Source: Bacteroidales bacterium (GTDB lineage Bacteria > Bacteroidota > Bacteroidia > Bacteroidales > JBGRPZ01). From it: a stretch of 64,000 nucleotides of DNA. The number at the start of each line of letters is the position of its first letter. Positions within the stretch are counted from its first letter, which is position 1. Below the pieces are notes generated by a model. That model was not told the DNA's origin, ran no database searches, and saw nothing but the letters and a program-made list of their open reading frames with translations. Below, piece after piece: positions 56,778-64,000 of this stretch. The DNA lies in contig JBGRQE010000001.1 in the NCBI GenBank assembly GCA_041725955.1, positions 47,890-111,889 of the forward strand, written 5' to 3'. The translations under genes were made by a program, and so were the position numbers.

Positions 56778-59201
56778 ATGAAAATAAATAAGTTAGTTAT
56801 AGGAATAGCTTTTCTTTTGCTATCAGGAACTATATTTGCTCAAATTGATATGAAATATCAACTACCTTCGAAAGAAATACTAGAAATGGCTGATGCTCCA
56901 GCATCCCCAGGGATTCGCCTAAACAGGGATGTGAGTAAGATGATTTTAATGGAAAGAAGACAGTATAAAAGTCTTCAGGAAATGGCCGAAAAGGAAAGTC
57001 GTTTAGCGGGTCTACGAATAAATGCAAAAACCAGTGGGCCAAGTCGCCAGTCTTTCGTTTATGGTTTAAAAGTTAAGGATTTAAAGAGCGGAGAAATCAG
57101 TAAGGTAAAAGGGATGCCTGAAGATGCTCTTATTTCAGAGGTGAGATGGTCGCCAAACCAGAAACATATTGCTTTTCTTAATACAAAAGAAAACGGAATT
57201 GAATTATGGGTTGTAGATCTAAAGAAATTAGAAGCCAATCGTGTTTGTGATCCAATAATAAATAATGTTCTTGAAGAAGGTTATGGTTGGTGTAAGGACA
57301 GTAAGAGTCTATTGGTTAGTATTCTTCCTAAAGATAGAGGAGAGTACTTAAGTGGAAATATCTTACCAAAAGGGCCTATTGTTTCTGTTAATAATGGACA
57401 GAAAGCACAAAATAGAACTTATCAGGATTTATTGAAAAATAAAGTTGATGAAGCGAATTTTGATTATTTCACTACTTCAGAGTTAATTAAAGTTGATTTA
57501 AAAGGAAATAAAACTCCTTTCTTGGCGAAAGGTATTTATTATGGACTTCAGTTTTCTCCTAATGGAAAGTATATTACAGTAACAACCATTCAACGACCAT
57601 ATTCTTATATTGTACCATTGTACCGCTTTCCTAGAAATGTTGATGTTTATGATATGGAAGGTAATTTGGTAAAGAATATTGAAAATGTTCCATTAACAGA
57701 AACTCTGCCACAAGGATTTGATGCTGTTCGTAAAGGTAAAAGAAGTATCTCGTGGAGAGCAGATCAGCCTGCATCTTTAACTTATGTTGTTGCTCTTGAT
57801 GGTGGAGACCCAGAAGTTGAATCTGAATATAGAGATGAGTTGTTTCAGTGGAATGCACCATTTGATAAAGAACCAAAATCTTTGGCAAAAACCAAAAGAA
57901 GATATGCTGGCGTTCAGTGGGGAGATGACAAAACTGCTTTGCTTTACGATTACTTTTGGAGTGATCGAATGATTGGTACTTACCTTATGAACCCTTCAAA
58001 GGAAAATGGAAAGTTAAAAGTTATTCAAGAACGTAGCCGTCAGGATATTTATAGTGATATGGGTGATGCAGCTACTGAGTTGAATGATTTTAATAAAAGA
58101 GTGCTTTATATAGAAAAGGGAAGATACTTGATTATGGAAGCTCCTGGTTATACACCAAAAGGAAAGTTTCCATATATCGCAAAATATGATCTAAAAACAG
58201 GGAAAACACAAAAACTTTGGCAAGCAGAAAATAAGGATAAGCTAGAAACTGTAGCTTTTATTATTGATCCAAAGAAATCGATAATGTTAACAAGTATTGA
58301 AGCTCCTACTGAATATCCCAATTACTACTTACGCAATTTTAAAACAGGTAAGATGTTGCGCACTGTTACCAATTTCGAAAATCCTTATAAAGCTATGGAA
58401 GGCGTGCATAAGGAAGTAATCAAATATAAGCGTAAGGATGGAGTGGAGCTTTCTGCAACCTTATACCTTCCTAAAGGATATGATAAGAAAAAGAAAGAAA
58501 AATTACCTATGGTAATGTGGGCTTATCCACGCGAGTTTAAAGATAAAGCCGCAGCAGGTCAGGTGTCTTCATCTTCTAATGAATTTACATATTTATGGTA
58601 TGGTAGCCCTGTTTTTTGGGTGATGAAAGGTTATGCTGTATTGGATGATGCTGCATTTCCTATTATTGGTGAAGGAGACCAAGAACCTAATGATTCTTTT
58701 GTAGAGCAATTGGTTTCAAATGCAGAAGCCGCTATTGATGCTGTAGACCAGCTTGGTTATATAGATCGCAATCGTGTAGCTGTAGGAGGCCATTCTTATG
58801 GTGCTTTTATGACTGCAAACTTATTGACTCATTCCGATTTATTTGCAGCAGGAATTGCAAGAAGCGGAGCATACAACCGTACTCTAACTCCTTTTGGATT
58901 CCAAAGTGAGGAAAGAAATTATTGGGAAGCTCCATCAATTTATAATCGCATGTCTCCATTTATGAATGCAGAGAAAATGAAACATCCTTTATTGTTAATT
59001 CATGGAGATGCTGATAATAACCCTGGAACACATACAATGCAGAGCAAGAGATATTTTAACGCTCTAAAAGGATTGGGTGCTAATGTTCGTATGGTACTAC
59101 TTCCATTTGAAAGCCATAGTTACAGAGCTCGCGAATCTGTAATGCATGTATTGTGGGAACAAGATCAGTGGTTGGATAAATATGTGAAAAACAAGAAATA
59201 G
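56778..59201 (+). CDS. S9 family serine peptidase (prolyl oligopeptidase/dipeptidyl peptidase-like)
   Basis: 807 aa. Signal peptide and N-terminal propeller. Catalytic GGHSYGAF nucleophile elbow, HGDADNN, and ESHSY. Confidence 0.9.
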   Translation: MKINKLVIGIAFLLLSGTIFAQIDMKYQLPSKEILEMADAPASPGIRLNRDVSKMILMERRQYKSLQEMAEKESRLAGLRINAKTSGPSRQSFVYGLKVKDLKSGEISKVKGMPEDALISEVRWSPNQKHIAFLNTKENGIELWVVDLKKLEANRVCDPIINNVLEEGYGWCKDSKSLLVSILPKDRGEYLSGNILPKGPIVSVNNGQKAQNRTYQDLLKNKVDEANFDYFTTSELIKVDLKGNKTPFLAKGIYYGLQFSPNGKYITVTTIQRPYSYIVPLYRFPRNVDVYDMEGNLVKNIENVPLTETLPQGFDAVRKGKRSISWRADQPASLTYVVALDGGDPEVESEYRDELFQWNAPFDKEPKSLAKTKRRYAGVQWGDDKTALLYDYFWSDRMIGTYLMNPSKENGKLKVIQERSRQDIYSDMGDAATELNDFNKRVLYIEKGRYLIMEAPGYTPKGKFPYIAKYDLKTGKTQKLWQAENKDKLETVAFIIDPKKSIMLTSIEAPTEYPNYYLRNFKTGKMLRTVTNFENPYKAMEGVHKEVIKYKRKDGVELSATLYLPKGYDKKKKEKLPMVMWAYPREFKDKAAAGQVSSSSNEFTYLWYGSPVFWVMKGYAVLDDAAFPIIGEGDQEPNDSFVEQLVSNAEAAIDAVDQLGYIDRNRVAVGGHSYGAFMTANLLTHSDLFAAGIARSGAYNRTLTPFGFQSEERNYWEAPSIYNRMSPFMNAEKMKHPLLLIHGDADNNPGTHTMQSKRYFNALKGLGANVRMVLLPFESHSYRARESVMHVLWEQDQWLDKYVKNKK

Positions 59202-59430
59202 AATACTTTTTATTCTAAATAATAAAGGCTATCTCAAGTGATTTGGGGTAGCTTTTTTTGATTTGTCACCTTTTAATGACCTGTATGGTAGTTGATTGTG
59301 TTGGGGAATGAATAATGCAAAATTTAGAAAACATAATCTTAGCTTTATTGTTTCTCTCATGAATTATGATTTTTTAGTAATTTTGAAATCTAATTAAAAG
59401 ACTACAAATAATTATCTAATCCAAAAAGTC

Positions 59431-60510
59431 ATGTCAGAAAAAATCTTTGATGTCGTAGAACCAGGAGTATTATACGGAGATGCTCTTAAAGAAGTGTATC
59501 GTATTGCAAAAGAAAATCAATTTGCTATTCCTGCGGTGAATGTGGTTGGAACAAACTCTGTGAATGCAGTTCTGGAAGCGGCAAAAGAGGCTAATTCACC
59601 GATAATTATTCAGTTTTCTAATGGCGGTGCTTCATTTTATGCTGGAAAATCTCTTTCAAATGAAGGTCAGCAATCTGCAATTGCAGGGGCTATTTCTGGT
59701 GCAATGCACGTTCATCATATGGCTGAAATGTATGGTATTCCTGTAATCCTTCATACCGATCATGCTGCAAAGAAACTTCTTCCATGGATCGACGGTCTGT
59801 TAGAAGCTGGTGAAGATTTTTATGAATCTCATGGTATGCCATTGTTCTCTTCTCATATGTTAGACTTATCTGAAGAAGATCTAGAGGAAAATATTCAAAT
59901 TTGTGAGACCTATCTTAAGCGTATGAGCAAAATTGGTATGACTTTAGAGATTGAACTTGGAATTACTGGTGGTGAGGAAGATGGAGTAGATAATAGTAAT
60001 GTCGACGATAGTCGTTTATATACCCAACCTGAAGAAGTATCTATGGCTTACGAAAGATTGAGTGCTATTAGTCCAAACTTTACTATTGCTGCATCTTTTG
60101 GTAATGTTCATGGTGTTTATAAGCCTGGAAATGTAAAATTGGAGCCAATTATCTTGAAGAATTCTCAAGAGTATATCCAAAAGAAATTTAATACTAAAGA
60201 AAAGCCTGTGAATTTTGTATTCCATGGTGGTTCTGGTTCTGAAGAGAGCAAAATTAAGGAAGCACTTACTTATGGTGTTATCAAAATGAATATTGATACA
60301 GATACCCAATGGGCTACATGGGATGGTGTTCGCAAGTACGAAAAAGATAACCATGATTATCTTCAAGGCCAAATAGGTAACCCTAAAGGTGAAGATGAGC
60401 CAAACAAGAAATTTTATGATCCAAGAAAATGGATGCGTGCTGGAGAAGAAAGCATGAAGAATCGTGTATTGGAAGCATATAAAGACTTGAATTGTCTGGA
60501 CAGAAACTAG
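59431..60510 (+). CDS. fbaA: class II fructose-bisphosphate aldolase
   Basis: 359 aa. NVVGTNSVNAVLEAAKE..., HTDHAAK, and FHGGSGS motifs. Confidence 0.93.
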   Translation: MSEKIFDVVEPGVLYGDALKEVYRIAKENQFAIPAVNVVGTNSVNAVLEAAKEANSPIIIQFSNGGASFYAGKSLSNEGQQSAIAGAISGAMHVHHMAEMYGIPVILHTDHAAKKLLPWIDGLLEAGEDFYESHGMPLFSSHMLDLSEEDLEENIQICETYLKRMSKIGMTLEIELGITGGEEDGVDNSNVDDSRLYTQPEEVSMAYERLSAISPNFTIAASFGNVHGVYKPGNVKLEPIILKNSQEYIQKKFNTKEKPVNFVFHGGSGSEESKIKEALTYGVIKMNIDTDTQWATWDGVRKYEKDNHDYLQGQIGNPKGEDEPNKKFYDPRKWMRAGEESMKNRVLEAYKDLNCLDRN

Positions 60511-60530
60511 TTCGGAAATTAAATATTTAA

Positions 60531-60576
60531 AAAAGGGTGTTTGTAGAAGTCTAAAAGCTTTAGCAAACACCCTTTT
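60531..60576. terminator. bidirectional terminator between fbaA and the usp gene
   Basis: AAAAGGGTGTTTG-(20 nt)-CAAACACCCTTTT. Confidence 0.7.
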
Positions 60577-60585
60577 ACTTTTGTA

Positions 60586-61440
60586 TTATCTGCTTAATGT
60601 TTTAATAAATTCTTGTGGATGTATACTCATTACCGGGAATTTGGAGTGATGAACAAGGCGAGAAGCCATAGTTCCTAATAGAAATCCCATAGTGCCTGAT
60701 GTTTGTTCTGTCATGGAAACAATAAGGTTGGCATCAATTTCTTCGGCATATTTTAAAGTAACCTTTGCAATATGATCAGACTTTAAACTGACAATTGTAA
60801 AGTTAATACCTTCGCTTTCCAGATAGGCTTCTACTTGCTTTACATATTGGGTGGTGCGTTCTTTATTCGATTCCAGGTTAGAAGTATAAACCTTTAAAAC
60901 ATGAATTTCAGAATTAAAAACTTTGGCAAGTTCAACTGCAAAGGGCACTTTTTGTCGGGTTTCGAGCGAATCATCGAAAGGCAATACTATTTTTTTTAGA
61001 TATCTTTCAATACTTTTATCCGATAACCTAATTGTAATTATTGGATGAGTAGAAGCTGTTACAATTTTATTTGCATTAGATCCAAGGAAATATTCTTCCA
61101 TCCCTGAAACACCATGTGTGCCAACAATTACAAGCCAGGCGTTTATATCTTCTGCTTCTTGAACGATTTCTTTATATATTTTACCTTTTCTTATCTTGTA
61201 ATCAAGAACGCCTTTTGAAAGTCCAACTTGATATTTATTAATAAGCCTGTCTAATTTTTCTTTTGCTATTTCTGAGGATTTTTTCGAACTGGAATATGTT
61301 TCTTGCTCTCTACCTAATTCAGGTGTTTCCACCCAAACCATTCTAACATCTGCATCTGCTTTATCAGCAATTACCAATGCATGTTCTAAGGCATTAATAG
61401 AGCATTCAGAAAAGTCTATTGCGGCGAGAATTTTCTTCAT
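60586..61440 (-). CDS. tandem-domain universal stress protein
   Basis: 284 aa. Two Usp domains (KKILAAIDFSECS...VGTHGVSG; KKIVLPFDDS...). Confidence 0.85.
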   Translation of the reverse strand: MKKILAAIDFSECSINALEHALVIADKADADVRMVWVETPELGREQETYSSSKKSSEIAKEKLDRLINKYQVGLSKGVLDYKIRKGKIYKEIVQEAEDINAWLVIVGTHGVSGMEEYFLGSNANKIVTASTHPIITIRLSDKSIERYLKKIVLPFDDSLETRQKVPFAVELAKVFNSEIHVLKVYTSNLESNKERTTQYVKQVEAYLESEGINFTIVSLKSDHIAKVTLKYAEEIDANLIVSMTEQTSGTMGFLLGTMASRLVHHSKFPVMSIHPQEFIKTLSR

Positions 61441-61604
61441 GAAATGATGTTTTAAGTTATTTTGCTTTTGTAAATTTTAGCAATTGAATTTACTACATTA
61501 TTTCCATCTGTTTAAATGTTTTTTGTTTTTAGTATATCTAAAGGAATTGCTTTGTGAAAAAAACATTCAGGAAAGGTTGAGAATGGAGCAAGCTGTATTT
61601 TTTA

Positions 61605-61660
61605 AGTAAAAAAAAACATACTGCAATTCAAATATGAATTGTAGTATGTTCTTTCTTTTT
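61605..61660 (-). terminator. terminator downstream of the SPOR-domain gene
   Basis: A-run, then ACATACTGCAATTC-AAATAT-GAATTGTAGTATGT, then a T-run. A T-run follows the stem on the minus strand. Confidence 0.75.
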
Positions 61661-61674
61661 TTTAAGCAGATAAA

Positions 61675-62169
61675 TTAATAATTTTCTTGCTCAGTTTTGT
61701 TTTCCTCTTTTATTTTCTTCTCACCCATACTTGGATAATTGATTTTGTCTGAAGCTATCCATGCTCCAGGGTATTCTTTTTTTATTTTGCGTAAAAAGTT
61801 TTCTGCTTCTAATTTGGATCTAAAGTCCCCAACTCTTACTCTGTAGTTTGGAGCAAAAAAACTTATATATGCGGTTTGTTCAGGATAATCTTTAAGGAAT
61901 TTGTCATAGACCTCTTTAGCTTTCTTTTTGGAGTTATTTCCTGAGTCAAAAAAGATTTCAATACGACAACCTGGAATACTTGGATATTTATCGTTCATAC
62001 TTTTGTGCAATGAAAGCAAGCTATCGACACTTGGACTGGCATTTATTTTTAAGCTTCCTTGATTCTGATTTTCGGAAGTATTAGGGAAATATTGAGCATA
62101 CCCTTTATTTGAGCCAATCAAAAGGAGAAAGCATCCTCCAATAAGCATTTTTAAGAAATGCATTTTCAT
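61675..62169 (-). CDS. SPOR domain-containing protein
   Basis: 164 aa. Signal peptide and SPOR-like C-terminus (CRIEIFFDSGNNSKKKAKEVYDKFLKDYPEQTAYISFFAPNYRVRVGDFRSKLEAENFLRKIKKEYPGAWI). Confidence 0.8.
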   Translation of the reverse strand: MKMHFLKMLIGGCFLLLIGSNKGYAQYFPNTSENQNQGSLKINASPSVDSLLSLHKSMNDKYPSIPGCRIEIFFDSGNNSKKKAKEVYDKFLKDYPEQTAYISFFAPNYRVRVGDFRSKLEAENFLRKIKKEYPGAWIASDKINYPSMGEKKIKEENKTEQENY

Positions 62170-62264
62170 ACCTAAATTATTTTTTGGTTAATTGCTTAAT
62201 ATTCAAAATGTTTTTGCAGTATATTCTTCAAAGGAACTAAGATTGATTAATTCTTCCAAATGAA

Positions 62265-64000
62265 TTAAAATCTTTTTCTGCCTTTTTTCTTACTGTGTGC
62301 TTTATTACTAGATTTTCTTTGTGGAGGAAAATTGCTTTTCTCAGATCTTTGATTTCCTTCAATTAATTTAGGAATCCAATCTTTATGCCCCATATTAGTG
62401 AGACTGCGTTTTATATCGTTTTGATTTTCTCTTTTATACCAAAAGAAGAATTTCTGCTGTTCAAGTTTTTCATCTCTACTAATAGCAGAATATACAGGCT
62501 TTAAAGTGTAAGGGTCAAAACCCGAATAATAGCTAACTGTTGCTAAAGTCATTGGTGTAGGAGTAAAATCTTGAACTTGCTCAAGCTTAAAGCCCAGTTT
62601 TTTGGTTTTTATTGCTAAATCGGCCATGTCTTTTGCTGTACTTCCTGGATGGCTGGAAATAAAGTAAGGAATGATTTGCTGATTTAAATTTTCTTCTTGA
62701 GATATCTTTTCAAATTTATTTTTGAAGTCGTAAAAAAGATTAAAAGATGGTTTGCGCATTTTCTTTAATACATCATCTGAAGTATGTTCAGGGGCGACTT
62801 TTAGACGTCCGGATACATGGCGACTCGCTACTTGACGAATATATTCTTCAAAGTGATTACGACGAACAGTTTCCTGGTTATCTGATAAAAGCATATCGTA
62901 ACGTATGCCACTACCAATAAAAGCTCTTTTTACTGCAGGTAAGCGATCTACTCTTCGGTATATATCAAGTAAACTTTGATGATCGGTATTTAAATTTTTA
63001 CAAACCTTAGGGAATATGCAACTAGGGCGTTTACATTTTTTACATATGCTTTCATCCCTTCCTTTCATATGGAACATATTGGCTGATGGGCCCCCTAAAT
63101 CGCTGATATATCCTTTAAAGCCATCCATCTTTGTAATTTGTTTTACTTCTTTCATAATAGATCTCTCGGATCTTGAAGAAACATATTTTCCTTGATGGGC
63201 AGATATTGTACAAAAGGCACATCCTCCAAAACATCCTCTATGCATATTAACCGAGAATTTAATCATTTCCCATGCTGGAATAGGTCCTCGTTTATTGTAT
63301 TTTGGATGAGGGAGTCGTGTATATGGCAAATCAAATGAACTATCAATTTCTTTAGTGTCCATAGGAGGAAAAGGAGGGTTTACGACAAGGCAATCTTTTT
63401 CTATTTTTTGCAATAACCTAAAGGCTTCTTGTTTGTTGGATTCCTCTTCTATATGTTTGAAATTTGCAGCAAAAGACTTTTTGTTCTTTAAACATTGCTC
63501 GTGTGAATTTAGTTCGAGGTTTTCCCATTCTTTTGGGAGTGTATTTACTTCCTTTGCAGGAATCTTAAACCCAATCTGAGGAATGTTTTGAATATCTTTT
63601 AGCGAATACCCTTTGTCGAAATGATTTAGCAGCTGTTTAAGAGGGAGTTCACCCATGCCATAGACCAAAATATCGGCACTACTGTCAAAAAGTATTGATG
63701 GTTTTAAATGATTTGCCCAATAATCGTAATGAGTAAAACGGCGTAATGAAGCCTCTACACCTCCAATTACAACGGGAACATCAGGGTATATCTTCTTTAA
63801 AATCTGTGTATACTTTACAGTAGCATAATCTGGACGAAACCCTGCTTTCCCGTCAGGAGTATATGCATCATTAGAGCGTAGTCTTTTGTTGGCGGTATAA
63901 TGATTTACCATTGAATCCATACAACCTGATGTAACACCAAAAAATAATCGGGGCTTACCCAGTTTCTTAAAATCCCTTAAGTCGTCTTGCCAATTGGGCT
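62265..64000 (-). CDS. ygiQ: YgiQ family radical SAM protein (N-terminus outside window)
   Basis: The frame stays open upstream of the track's Met to the window edge (…PRLFFGVTSGCMDSMVNHYTANKRLRSNDAYTP…). Radical SAM cluster HRGCFGGCAFC. Basic C-terminal tail. Confidence 0.88.
   Translation of the reverse strand, partial: PNWQDDLRDFKKLGKPRLFFGVTSGCMDSMVNHYTANKRLRSNDAYTPDGKAGFRPDYATVKYTQILKKIYPDVPVVIGGVEASLRRFTHYDYWANHLKPSILFDSSADILVYGMGELPLKQLLNHFDKGYSLKDIQNIPQIGFKIPAKEVNTLPKEWENLELNSHEQCLKNKKSFAANFKHIEEESNKQEAFRLLQKIEKDCLVVNPPFPPMDTKEIDSSFDLPYTRLPHPKYNKRGPIPAWEMIKFSVNMHRGCFGGCAFCTISAHQGKYVSSRSERSIMKEVKQITKMDGFKGYISDLGGPSANMFHMKGRDESICKKCKRPSCIFPKVCKNLNTDHQSLLDIYRRVDRLPAVKRAFIGSGIRYDMLLSDNQETVRRNHFEEYIRQVASRHVSGRLKVAPEHTSDDVLKKMRKPSFNLFYDFKNKFEKISQEENLNQQIIPYFISSHPGSTAKDMADLAIKTKKLGFKLEQVQDFTPTPMTLATVSYYSGFDPYTLKPVYSAISRDEKLEQQKFFFWYKRENQNDIKRSLTNMGHKDWIPKLIEGNQRSEKSNFPPQRKSSNKAHSKKKGRKRF

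Noticed and set aside
60016-60570. 184-aa ORF antisense to fbaA, and similar antisense ORFs (e.g. 8524-8874, 26724-27010, 39342-39686, 41176-41472)
   Set aside because: Each lies entirely inside a well-supported conserved gene on the other strand. The sequences are low-complexity with no recognisable motifs, as expected for chance open frames opposite codon-biased genes.

Overview
Low-GC chromosomal window that looks Bacteroidota-like. It has RpoN plus two sigma-54 enhancer-binding response regulators, a CarboxypepD_reg/OM-barrel protein, GT39 glycosyltransferases, SPOR and Usp proteins. There are about 50 protein-coding genes. Most are housekeeping: rsmA, polA, class II RNR, rpoN, asnS, DAHP synthase/chorismate mutase, corA, fbaA, dgkA and two polyprenyl synthases. 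By eye I found no rRNA, tRNA, CRISPR array, intact transposase/integrase, reverse transcriptase or canonical defence system, and I cannot point to a clear novel protein-based system. Three things are not explained by ordinary annotation. (1) Two same-orientation copies (21418-21682 and 49130-49372) of a composite non-coding element. Each has a 65-66 nt C-rich head, 6-7 contiguous 22-bp repeats carrying the anti-Shine-Dalgarno core ACCTCC(T), and a 45-nt G/T-rich tail. (2) An apparently AT-richer accessory block (10226-21381) encoding an OM barrel, a propeller-like lipoprotein, a membrane-fusion protein and two translationally coupled, divergent RND pumps, with no TolC-like gene. (3) A family of TTCG-rich intergenic palindromes, plus an 8x heptamer array. 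Smaller observations are a split half-size TSUP transporter pair, an orphan sigma-54 regulator operon with a 25-aa-repeat protein, a truncated LTA-synthase-like gene, an aromatic-rich uORF before the DAHP synthase gene, and a Gly/Ala-rich peptide plus small membrane ORF next to an IS relic at the left edge. All family assignments come from motif recognition by eye; no searches were run.
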